NCBI GenBank assembly: GCA_965198115.1
Contig: OZ240241.1
Location: forward strand, 3,424,001-3,488,000
Length of the DNA: 64,000 nucleotides
Reading direction: 5' to 3'
DNA from: Candidatus Latescibacterota bacterium
GTDB taxonomy: Bacteria > Latescibacterota > UBA2968
In this document: one piece after another, positions 23,154 to 32,614 of the stretch
Position numbering within the stretch: the first letter of the stretch is position 1
Layout: every line of letters begins with the position of its first letter
The notes under the pieces: generated by a model
The model's database searches: none
Told to the model about the DNA's origin: nothing
What the model saw: only the letters and a program-made list of their open reading frames with translations
Position numbers and translations under genes: made by a program

Positions 23154-23930
23154 TCACATGATCGGCGCGAGCCACCCACCATCGACGGGCAAGGCCGTCC
23201 CGGTCACCCACTCTGCATCGTCCGACGCGAAGAAGACGCACGCCAGACCGATGTCGCTGGGCAATCCCAGTCTCGGAAGCGGCGTCTGGTCCTTGCAATC
23301 CTGTATCTGTTCTTCGGTCAGGTAGTCCTGAATCGGTGTCTCGATGTAACCCGGGCAGATCGCGTTGACGGTCACGCCGTCGGCGGCCACTTCCACAGCA
23401 GTATCACGAGTCAGGTTCACGACGGCCGCTTTGGCGGGTGCGTAGGCGGGTCCGCCGCCTCCACGAAAGGCGTGGACAGACGCGATGTTGACGATTCTGC
23501 CCGCAGGCGACTGCTTGAGGTGCGGAAGCGAGAACTTCGTGAGCAGAAACAAGCCCCGCAGGTTCACACCGACCACACGATCCCAGTCGGCCACGGAGAG
23601 TGTCTGGCTGTCTCCCGGAATGTGGATGCCCGCGTTGTTCACGATGATATCCAAACGCCCGAAGGTATCGAAGGTTCGTGAAACCAGGGCTTCGACGGCC
23701 TGTTCATCGGCCATATCCGTCTCTACGAACAGACCACGTGGGCCCAATCGCTCCACCTCCTCCGCCGTCGGGGTCGTCACGTCCTGATCGTGATACTTAC
23801 CCTGTTTGGGAGCTTCCTGAACATCCGCCACCGCGACGTGGGCGCCTTCGCGGGCAAACTCGATGGCCACACCGCGTCCGATCCCCGAGCTTCCGCCCGT
23901 CACGATCGCCACTCGGTCTTCAAGTCTCAT
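23154..23930 (-). CDS. SDR family oxidoreductase
   Basis: TGGSSGIG, NNAG, YAPAK, VDGG. Confidence 0.93.
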   Translation of the reverse strand: MRLEDRVAIVTGGSSGIGRGVAIEFAREGAHVAVADVQEAPKQGKYHDQDVTTPTAEEVERLGPRGLFVETDMADEQAVEALVSRTFDTFGRLDIIVNNAGIHIPGDSQTLSVADWDRVVGVNLRGLFLLTKFSLPHLKQSPAGRIVNIASVHAFRGGGGPAYAPAKAAVVNLTRDTAVEVAADGVTVNAICPGYIETPIQDYLTEEQIQDCKDQTPLPRLGLPSDIGLACVFFASDDAEWVTGTALPVDGGWLAPIM

Positions 23931-24005
23931 CTCACCTCTCCTGTCTCGCTTTTTCCACAGGACACGCGGATTCCGCGTTGCACACGCGGGCTCAAGAAAA
24001 AGGGC

Positions 24006-25379
24006 GAGTTCAGGTCAATAGGTGTGTAAAAGAAATCAGGCGGCCATCTTCCCGGCTTCGACCTGCGGTTCGGTTGAGTGTTTCTGATCGTAGACTTGTT
24101 GTAGCAAGTGTGGCGCGGTGAGTTTCCTGAATCGGCTCTCTGCGACCTTGAGCGTACGCCAGATGAGAGTCGTGGCGTTCCTGACTTTCTTGAATCGCCT
24201 GGCGGCGTTTGTGCGAAGCCGAACGGAAGCAAAGGGGCTCTCGACGACGTTCGTGGTTCTCAGGTGTTTCCAGTGTTCCTTCGGGAAGTCGTAGAACGTG
24301 ACCATCCGATCCCAGTCTCTTTCGAGCGTCTCCACGGCGGCAGGGAACTGTGAGCGATACCGTGCGGCAAAGCGTTTCCGGAGCTTCTCGGCCTCCTTTT
24401 TCGTGCCGGCATAGGGGATCTGGACGAGCAGTGCGCGGGCTTCAGCCTGTGCACGCTTGGCGACCTTGTCGAGCACGTTGAGGATCTTGTGGTTCCAGCA
24501 CCGTTGTTGCCGGCTCTCTGGCCAGACCTGATCAACGGCCGCCCAGATGCCCATATTCCCGTCCGCGGCGATCAGGACAGGATGTTCGAGCCCGCGATCC
24601 CGGAGATCCCGGAGCACCGTGAGCCAGGATTCTGTAGACTCTCGATAACCGGGTTCTATCGCCAGGATCTCCTTGCTGCCGTCGCTCATCGCGCCGATCA
24701 CGACCAGCAGACACGCCTTCTCGCGCTCGAGCCCGGCTTTGACGTAGATGCCATCAGCCCAGGCGTAGACCAGTTCGCGATTATCCAGACGCCTTTCTTT
24801 CCAGTCCTGGAAGTCGACCTCCCACTTCCCTCGAAGACGAGCGATCGAGGTCGGCGAAAGCGGCGCGCCATCACCGAGCAGCGCACGCAAAGACAACTCG
24901 AAGTCGCCCTGGGAGAGACCGTGGAGATAAAGGTCGGGAAGCAGATCTCCAATGGCCCTGGTTCTCCGGGCGAACAGGGGGAGGATGCGGCTTTCAAACC
25001 GCTCTTCCAGACCACGAACCCGGGGACGCCGGACCTTGATCGTTCCGCAGCTCGTCGAGAGACGCCGGGGCTTGCCGTAGCCGTTCCTGTAGCCCCTGGA
25101 GCTATCGACCTCGGCTCGGCGCTCATACCACGACCGGCCCAAGAACGCGGTCGCCTCCTCCTCCAGAATGGACTGGAACCGGCCCTGGATCTCTTCACGG
25201 ATCCAATCGTCAACCGTCTCCCACGTCGGCATGGACTTCAATGGGGCTCTATGCGTATGTTCCTTCACGGCGATCCTCCTTCCCAACCGGGCCTCTCACC
25301 CGGTTTTGTGTGAATCAACTATCTCACGGGAAGGGTAGGGTCGCCCTTTCTCTTTTTCCACACCTTTTGATTATAGCTC
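24006..25379 (-). mobile_element. Complete IS256-family insertion sequence (1374 bp)
   Basis: Imperfect TIRs GAGTTCAGGTCAATAGGTGTGTAAAA / GAGCTATAATCAAAAGGTGTGGAAAA; 8-bp target duplication AAAAGGGC at 23998-24005 and 25380-25387. Confidence 0.92.
24036..25268 (-). CDS. IS256 family DDE transposase
   Basis: YRNGY, WADG, ESTESW, ADG, QRCWNHK, RTTNVVES. Confidence 0.95.
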   Translation of the reverse strand: MKEHTHRAPLKSMPTWETVDDWIREEIQGRFQSILEEEATAFLGRSWYERRAEVDSSRGYRNGYGKPRRLSTSCGTIKVRRPRVRGLEERFESRILPLFARRTRAIGDLLPDLYLHGLSQGDFELSLRALLGDGAPLSPTSIARLRGKWEVDFQDWKERRLDNRELVYAWADGIYVKAGLEREKACLLVVIGAMSDGSKEILAIEPGYRESTESWLTVLRDLRDRGLEHPVLIAADGNMGIWAAVDQVWPESRQQRCWNHKILNVLDKVAKRAQAEARALLVQIPYAGTKKEAEKLRKRFAARYRSQFPAAVETLERDWDRMVTFYDFPKEHWKHLRTTNVVESPFASVRLRTNAARRFKKVRNATTLIWRTLKVAESRFRKLTAPHLLQQVYDQKHSTEPQVEAGKMAA

Positions 25380-25406
25380 AAAAGGGCTCGGGAAGACCCA
25401 AGCCCT
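25380..25406 (-). terminator. Intrinsic terminator of the aminotransferase gene
   Basis: Minus strand AGGGCTTGGG-TCTT-CCCGAGCCCT followed by a T run. Confidence 0.6.
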
Positions 25407-25431
25407 GTGTGCGTCAGTCTGGACGGCGACC

Positions 25432-26628
25432 TCAGTCGATCACATCCGCGATACTTCCGCAAAGATATTCGACATTCTCTTCTGTGACACCGGCGACGTT
25501 GATCCGACCGCCCGTCTTGACGACGTAAATCGCGTGCTTCTCACGCAGGGCGTCTACCTGGGCGGGCGACAGCCCTGAATAAGAAAACATCCCCTTCTGC
25601 CGGGCGATGTAAGAAAAGTCTCGCCTCACACCCGTCCGTTCGAGCGTGTCGACCAGCAACTTGCGGACACCGTTGATTCGATCGCGCATGGCCGTCACCT
25701 CGCTCTCCCATTCCTGCCGAAGCTCGGGGTCGTTCAGCACAGCCGTCACGATCGACGATCCGTGTGCGGGAGGATTGGAATAGTTCGTACGAATGGTGAT
25801 CAGCAGGTGGCTCAGCGCCCGTGCCGCGTCGATTGGAGATTGGGTCACGAGCGTGAGGGCGCCGATTCGCTCACGGTAGAGCCCGAAATTTTTACTGAAC
25901 GAACTGGCGATGAACATCTCGTCGACGTTCGCCACGAGCGTCCTCAGTCCAAGGCCGTCCTGTTCGAAACCTTCCCCCAAACCCTGATAAGCGAAGTCCA
26001 GCAAAGGGATCAGACCACGCGAACGAACGATGTCCGCAACCGTCTCCCACTGAGCCGCCGACGGGTCCATACCCGTAGGGTTGTGACAACAACCGTGCAG
26101 AAGGACGACGTCCTCCACCGGGATCTCGTTCAATGCACCGGCAAAGGTATCGAAGTCGAGCGCGTTGGCGTCGACATCGTAGTAGGGATAGGTTTTCGTC
26201 GCGAGGTGGGCGGCGTCGAACACTTTTGGGTGATTGGCCCACGTCGGATCGCTCAGCCAGAGTGTGGCGTCCGGATAGAGCTTCTGAATGAAGTCACCGG
26301 CAACCCGAAGCGCCCCCGTACCCCCCGGTGTCTGGACCGTACACACCCTTTCGTCAGAAATGACAGGATGTCCTTCGCCGAAGAGAAGGGCCTGGACGGC
26401 GGCCCCGTAGACCGGATCGCCCGAAATCGGGAGGTAGCTTTTGGTCTCTTCGGCCGCCAGAGCTCGTGTTTCGGACTTCTTGACCGATTGGAAAACCGGC
26501 GTCTGTCCGTTGGCATCTTTGTAGACACCGACGGTCAGGTTGATCTTGTTGGGATTGGGATCGTCGTTGAAAGCCGCCGTCAGACCCAGGATCGGATCAG
26601 GCGGCGCCTGTTCGAGTTGGTCAAACAT
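25432..26628 (-). CDS. Aspartate/aromatic amino acid aminotransferase (AspC/TyrB type)
   Basis: PPDPILGL, QTPGGTGAL, HGCCHNPTG, DFAYQG, SFSKNFGLY. Confidence 0.94.
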   Translation of the reverse strand: MFDQLEQAPPDPILGLTAAFNDDPNPNKINLTVGVYKDANGQTPVFQSVKKSETRALAAEETKSYLPISGDPVYGAAVQALLFGEGHPVISDERVCTVQTPGGTGALRVAGDFIQKLYPDATLWLSDPTWANHPKVFDAAHLATKTYPYYDVDANALDFDTFAGALNEIPVEDVVLLHGCCHNPTGMDPSAAQWETVADIVRSRGLIPLLDFAYQGLGEGFEQDGLGLRTLVANVDEMFIASSFSKNFGLYRERIGALTLVTQSPIDAARALSHLLITIRTNYSNPPAHGSSIVTAVLNDPELRQEWESEVTAMRDRINGVRKLLVDTLERTGVRRDFSYIARQKGMFSYSGLSPAQVDALREKHAIYVVKTGGRINVAGVTEENVEYLCGSIADVID

Positions 26629-26718
26629 CCTCTGCATCCTCTGGCAAAGGGTTCCCTGCGTGCGCCGAAAGATACTGAGCCCGCAACAACCGGACAAGCT
26701 CCGGGACCCAGAACCTTC

Positions 26719-29176
26719 TCAGGCGATACACCCTTCGAGCAGCCTGATGACTAACCGTTTGTGCTCGACCCGCATCAGGTTGTCCAACAGTTCGAGGGCG
26801 TTCGACTGGCGATCCTTCTCGGCACTGATCAATCCCACGTAGGCACGCGTCACGTCTTCGCGGGGGTAGATCAGTCCCAATAGCCCGACCACAATCCGCA
26901 GTCTGTGGTCCTTCCCTTCGGCCGTGGTCGGAACACCGGCGTCCGTTTCCTTTCGAATCGCTCGGGTCACCTTCTCCTCGTCAATCTCCAGATTTTCGAC
27001 GCGGGCGTTGATCTCTCCGAGCGCCTCGAGGATCGAAAGACCCAACTCATCCTGGTGCTTTTCCAGAATATCGAGCAGCGTGTCGGCCGCGGCCTGAGTA
27101 CCGATGGCTGCGTAGCACTCAGAAACGGCGCGCCGAATCGCGATCGATTCTTGTGGGTCATCCACATAGTCACGGAGGGCGTGGACGACCCGATCCCCGT
27201 AGCCACGAATCGCGCGCTGAGCATAAATCACGAGGCCCTCGTCGGCCAGGTGCGGAACGACCAGCGGCAGAAAAACGCGACGGCCCGTACGCGACGTGCC
27301 CTCGAGCGCGGATCGAACGACAACGGGGGAATTGTGGCGTAGCAGTTGCATCATCAGATCGTCGTATTCGGGATCGTCAATGGTCCCCAGAATCAGTGCC
27401 ACTTCGGCGGCTGCATCCTCGTCGCCGTAGTCGGGTCCGCACGCCTCCCCGAGCGAATCACGCACCTTCTGCTTTTCCATCGATTCGTTCAGGGCCAGCG
27501 ACCCGATTGCTGCAATACGAACGCGCGAATCCTCATCCTCCAGCAGACTGTTGAGTTTGGCCCCCAGGTATGGGCGCCCGTAGAGACACAGGTAGCGCAC
27601 GGCGATCACCCGTACATCGGCGTTCCCCGAATCGAGCATCGCCTCGGCTTCTTTGACGCACTGGGCCTGAGATTCCTGCCCGAGGACACTCAGGGCTTCG
27701 GCCCTGACCGTTTCTGAAGGATGAGATCGGGCCGCTCGTTCCAGGCCCTCGAGAACCGAAGACTTGTCGTGCATCAAGTCTAGCATCGCCAACGCGCTCA
27801 GTGCCGCGGTTTCATCGGGGTCGTCGAGCTGTTCTGAAAGCAGATCGACCGTGCCGGTGTCCAACACCTCCGCCGCCCGATCCTGAGACTCGCCCGAAAC
27901 ATCAGCGAAGAAGCTTCGCACCGTACTCAGGTATTCCCGTCGGATCACGAAAACAGCAATGAACCAACCTCCAATAATGACCAGCGAGATGATGCTGAGC
28001 ATGCGTATCTGCAGACCCATCACAGCGGTGAAGAACAGGATCATCAATCCGCCCAGACCGTCGAACAATCGAGTACCGAACATATCGATCAAGGGCCGTA
28101 CACGGGCGCGCACTTTCGACGGAAGCGGGAGATACAGGACCTCGAACGTGGCTTCCTGAAGCGAATAGCGAATGCCGCCCTCGGCGAATTTGGAGGCGCT
28201 CGCCACGAGCAACGTGGGATAGATGAGGAATCCGACAGCACCCGTTGACAGAGCGAGGGGCAGCAACACGAGCGAGAAACCGACGCCGAATCGCAGGAGC
28301 AGGTAGCGCGTCCCGATCAGCTGGATGAACAAGGCAATCACGTTCTGGGCGGCAAAGAACTTCGCGAAGAATGACGTCTTTTCGTTCGCAGACGCGAAAG
28401 CTTCGCTCGTCACCGTCTGGAACTGAACATCGAGGATAGCCGACGCGATCATGCTGGCACCGAGGATGGCACCGATCAGCTTGATGTGACGATGCTCCTT
28501 GAGCAGGTCGAGTGCGGACCCTTCGACCGGCTCTTCCGGCCTTTCCGCGCGGCGCTTCGCATCGGCTCTCTCCAGCTTGATCACAAGGGGCAGCATCAGA
28601 ATCATCGCAGCCACCGATACGTAGAGCAGGTTCTCGGTACCGACTCGATCGACCACACGGAACACGATCGTCGGCCCCAGGATGCCACCGATCGTCCCGC
28701 CGGCTCCGACGACGCCGAACAGACGCTTGGCCTCGCGCGGCGTGAACTGGTTTCCGGCCACCAGCCTGAATTGCGTCAGTAGAATCACCGAAAAGAGCTG
28801 TACGAAGACGTAGAACGGCAACGTCACCCAGTCCCCGGCTGTCTCGAACAGCTGGCGGAACAGGAGGAGGAAAGGCCATGAGCGTGAGGGTCGTCGTCAG
28901 GACGGGGGTTCGACTGTCGTAGAGATCTCCTACGTAATCGACCGCCCAGACGAGGAGCCCCGTGACGACCGCCGTAAGCACCATCGCGACGGGGAGCCAG
29001 TCCGGCCCAAGACGGTCGAGCAGCAGTGAGTTTCGCGTCGGCTTCAGCGTCGTGAACGCCGTGAGCGCGAGCATGTAGTAGACCGAGAGCAAGAGGGCCA
29101 CTCGGTTCTCGGGACGGGACAGATCGAACACACTCGCAAGACGGGAAGCACCCTGTTGTTCTCCTGCCAAAAGCAT
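26719..29176 (-). pseudogene. Npt1/TLC-like (ATP/ADP translocase family) transporter fused to HEAT repeats; 1-nt frameshift at about 28872
   Basis: LKPTRNSLLL, FTPREAKRLFG..GGILG, RYSLQEATFEVLYLPLP, IDMFGTR; C-terminal HEAT repeats; deleting one T from ATG GCC TTT CCT joins two ORFs into 818 aa. Confidence 0.78.
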
Positions 29177-29203
29177 TCCTCCTGTGACCTACAAACGTGA
29201 AAG

Positions 29204-29546
29204 TTAGGATGCTTTCACTGGCAAGCGCACCGTCGATCGACTCGGCCGTCTGGAAGACGGCAGCCAGACGTGTCACACGCATGATGCTCTGCACCTTTGG
29301 GGTCATTCCCGACAAGCGAAACTGGCCTTCCGCCTTCTGTACCGACATCAAACTCGCGGACAGAACTCCGAGCATCGAACTCCCGAACCACTGAACCTCA
29401 CTCAGGTCCACGACGACGTTGGCCACGCCCTCGGCGACCAGAGTCTTGACCTCGTCGAGGAGGGGCGCCACTTCGGGTCCGCTCATCATGCTACCCGATA
29501 ACGCCAGCACCGCGGCATCCTCGTGCATCTCTCGTCGAATATCCAC
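29204..29546 (-). CDS. STAS-domain anti-sigma factor antagonist (stop apparently out of frame by 1 nt)
   Basis: VVVDLSEVQWFGSSMLGVL, VTRLAAVF, SIDGAL; the domain ends at about 110 aa but the ORF reads on to 28824. Confidence 0.75.
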
Positions 29547-29561
29547 GCCAGCCCCTTTCGG

Positions 29562-31790
29562 TTAGTTTTGCGTGCCTGCCAGCCACCGGCGCCAGGCATC
29601 GGCATCATCGCCGAGTCGTTCGTCCGTCGTCGTCCGGAGCGCCCGAAGCGCGAACATCCGGACCCCCCGATCTTTGTCTTCGAGCGCCTGAATCAGTCCC
29701 TCGACCCCGGCACGCGCCTTCAGCCGGCCGAGGCCGATGGCAGCTGCCCGCCGGATGGGTACCGCCTCGTGGCGCAACACCGAGACGAGCGCCGGTGCGA
29801 TGGACGTGTCGCCGGACAGACCAAGAGCTTCGACCGCCTCTACAAGGAGCTTCCCGTCGAGCTCAGGCAACACACCGGCGATCGATTCCGCAGCCCCGGC
29901 AAACAGCTTTCGCTCGATGGCTCCTCGAATCGCTGCTCCGCGAACCTCCGCATTTTCGTCCAGGATTGCCCCAAAGAGGGCAACGTTCGAACCGTCGTGA
30001 GAAACGAGAGCCCGAACGACCGCCAGCCTGACACTCGGGTCGGGATCCGCAACCGCCTTGGCCAGGGCCGAAACGGACGACGGGTCCGGCGAAAGCTGAA
30101 GTCCCTTGGCCGCAAGTCGCCGGACCTCGACATCCTCGTCGGACAGACGTGCGCGAAGACCGCGCGAAGATCCGGCGATCCCCATTCCCCAGACCGCCCA
30201 CCGTCTGACCGCGGGCTCCGCATCTGCCAGGAGATCGTGAAGCACCTCCGCACTCTCGCTCGTGCCCGCCCGCGCCACGGCTTGGGCAACCGCTGCTCGC
30301 GTCGCCCCATCGGCATCGCCCGTATACGGGCGCACGTGCGAAACAACGCGAGGCAACCCGGTGCGGCCGAGCTCCTCGATCGCCATCTTGCGCTCCGCCG
30401 TCGATCCCTCGAGATGGCCGGCCAGCGTCTCGACGTAGGTGTCGTCGTCGTGAAGCGTCAGCGCATCGATCGAACGACCCTCGACATCGTAGACATCCAG
30501 GTCCAGCCGTCCACCCCGGATGGTGATCGTGCAGTAGTGCGGCACACTCTCGGACACCGCAGTCCAACTGCTTCGTCCAACCTTATAAAGTGGAGCCCCT
30601 CCTCCGCCTGACACGACCTGTACCACCCCCCGATCGACGCGCTTGTCGCCGCGTAGCGGCCACGTTCTTTCGTAACAATGCTCGTGCCCCGTCAGAACTA
30701 CATCCACGTCGAGTCGCTCGCACAGAGGAACGAGATTCCGCCGGATCGTGAGATTGCTCTTGTGGTAACCGCTGCTGTAGGCCGGGTGGTGCACGACGAC
30801 GAACTTCCATCGGGCCCGACTCGACGCCAGATCCGTCTCGAGCCACACGCGTTGCTCGGTCCCGGCCTCGAGCTCGCCCGATTCGTCGTTTGTGTCGAGC
30901 ACCGCGAAGTGCGCGGGGCCGTAGTCGAACGCATACCACGCCTCGGGCCGCTTCGTAGAACCGTTCGGGGACACTTCGAAGTAGCTGTAGTAAAGCGCGC
31001 TGTCCTTTTCGTGGTTTCCGATGGCCGGATAGATCGGAGCCCGTAAACCGAGCGGGCGAGTGGGCTCGAAATACATGGGCCCCCACTCGGCTTCGACGCG
31101 TCCATCGTTCACAAAGTCTCCCGAATGAATCACGAAATCGAAGGAATGGGTCAGAATCCGCTCGACCACTCGAGTGTGCGTCTTCGGATTCGAACGGCTG
31201 TCCCCATAGAGCGCGAACGTCACTGTCGAATCAGCCGACGCGTTCGTCCTGAATCGTCCCTGAGCGCTGCTGACGCCGTGTGCCGTCACCCGGTAATGGT
31301 AGGGCGTGCCGGGAGTCAGGCCTTCGAACCGAACGCGCCCCTCTCCCCGCTGTTCAACGGCATCTTGACCGTCGGCCTCCAGAAACACGGACGCCTCCGC
31401 CGACGGCGCGACGCCCCACAGGATCGACGTCTCCGTTTCTGTGACGTGCTGCGCATACGGCCCCCTATCGAACCAGACCCCCGCAATGAAGGACGCTTCC
31501 GCTTCGCTCCCCGCCGATGCGACACGGTAGTGATACGTGCGTCCCGGCCTCAGACCGTCCAGAACGACCCGGTGCTCGGTCACGAGGTTCTGGTCGGCCA
31601 CCTCCGCGCCAAAGCTCGGCGTGATCCCGTACGCCACTCGTGAGTCACCGGGTTTTTCCGTCGCCCACGAAATGGCCGCCGCATCCCGTCCGACCGTCTC
31701 TACGTGGGGACCTCGAACAATCCGTACGTCTTCGGCGCACGCTGCAAGAGCAACGAAGCAGAAGGCCGTGCGGATCAGGTGTCTCGTCAT
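29562..31790 (-). CDS. Lipoprotein metallophosphoesterase (purple acid phosphatase-like) with two FN3-like domains and C-terminal HEAT repeats
   Basis: Lipobox LAAC; LRPGRTYHYRV and LTPGTPYHYRV; GDSR, GDFV, GNHE, HHP, GHEHCYER; repeated DxDxxVRxxA units. Confidence 0.85.
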   Translation of the reverse strand: MTRHLIRTAFCFVALAACAEDVRIVRGPHVETVGRDAAAISWATEKPGDSRVAYGITPSFGAEVADQNLVTEHRVVLDGLRPGRTYHYRVASAGSEAEASFIAGVWFDRGPYAQHVTETETSILWGVAPSAEASVFLEADGQDAVEQRGEGRVRFEGLTPGTPYHYRVTAHGVSSAQGRFRTNASADSTVTFALYGDSRSNPKTHTRVVERILTHSFDFVIHSGDFVNDGRVEAEWGPMYFEPTRPLGLRAPIYPAIGNHEKDSALYYSYFEVSPNGSTKRPEAWYAFDYGPAHFAVLDTNDESGELEAGTEQRVWLETDLASSRARWKFVVVHHPAYSSGYHKSNLTIRRNLVPLCERLDVDVVLTGHEHCYERTWPLRGDKRVDRGVVQVVSGGGGAPLYKVGRSSWTAVSESVPHYCTITIRGGRLDLDVYDVEGRSIDALTLHDDDTYVETLAGHLEGSTAERKMAIEELGRTGLPRVVSHVRPYTGDADGATRAAVAQAVARAGTSESAEVLHDLLADAEPAVRRWAVWGMGIAGSSRGLRARLSDEDVEVRRLAAKGLQLSPDPSSVSALAKAVADPDPSVRLAVVRALVSHDGSNVALFGAILDENAEVRGAAIRGAIERKLFAGAAESIAGVLPELDGKLLVEAVEALGLSGDTSIAPALVSVLRHEAVPIRRAAAIGLGRLKARAGVEGLIQALEDKDRGVRMFALRALRTTTDERLGDDADAWRRWLAGTQN

Positions 31791-31804
31791 TCGCACCCTC
31801 GACT

Positions 31805-32614
31805 CTACCCAGAGCTCATGAGTGGAAGCGGGAACATCACTTCGTCCTCGCCGTAAGTCGCGATACGCTCATCGACCATTTTCAAAAGGTTCTGCACACG
31901 GGCCCAGAGCGCGTCGGTTTGATAGCTCTTCAGATACTTCCGCAAGGCCCTGTGGAGCTTCTTCTTTTCCAGCGTCCGAAGCGCTGCGATGGGCTCGCGG
32001 GGGAACCGATACAGAGGACGGATGGGCTTCTCGAACGTGTTGAAACACATGGAGTTGTCAATCACGACCGGGGACCAATCCGTTGCGATCATAATGTTGT
32101 GCGTACCGCGATCGATGTTGTAGATGAGATAGTCGAACATCCACACGGTGTGCAGCCAGTCTCGGAGGACCGAGCCATCGGGGGGAGTCTGGCCGTGCCC
32201 GTAGCGGGGCAAGACGTCTTCGACCCATTCCCGCAGCGATCCCCTCTTGCCGTTGACCTTTCTCTCCACGATGGCAGGCAGAATGTTGAGCTCGAGCAGC
32301 TTGTCCAGTTCGTAGGCCGCGATCTCCGCCTTGTAACTGTCGATGTGCTGGTCTGCGGCTTCCGCCCCGTGCCGAACATCGGCTTCCATAAAGGTGTCGA
32401 TGTTCTTGTAGATCGCGTTCAGCTCAACACCGTCCCTCTCGAGATACACCTTCAACGGTTTGGAGATTCCCGCGCCCACTTCCTTCGTGCGAACAATCTT
32501 CGCCTTCTTCAGAAAGGTCTCTTTGTCCGCTCGGGTCATCTCGCTCGCCGAGGCATCCGTCCAGCAGATGCCTGCAACGAAACAAACTATCGTAGTCAGG
32601 ACTCGACATCTCAC
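31805..32614 (-). CDS. Secreted atypical kinase (Fam20C/PI3-4K-like fold)
   Basis: Signal peptide ending ASA; AIYK, EIAAYELDKLL, GSLREW, FDYLIYNIDRGTHN, IDNSMCF. Confidence 0.72.
   Translation of the reverse strand: MRCRVLTTIVCFVAGICWTDASASEMTRADKETFLKKAKIVRTKEVGAGISKPLKVYLERDGVELNAIYKNIDTFMEADVRHGAEAADQHIDSYKAEIAAYELDKLLELNILPAIVERKVNGKRGSLREWVEDVLPRYGHGQTPPDGSVLRDWLHTVWMFDYLIYNIDRGTHNIMIATDWSPVVIDNSMCFNTFEKPIRPLYRFPREPIAALRTLEKKKLHRALRKYLKSYQTDALWARVQNLLKMVDERIATYGEDEVMFPLPLMSSG

Noticed and set aside
28824-29203. C-terminal 130 aa of the 240-aa STAS ORF as a real extension
   Set aside because: Overlaps the transporter N-terminus out of frame and looks non-coding; a 1-nt change gives a normal STAS length
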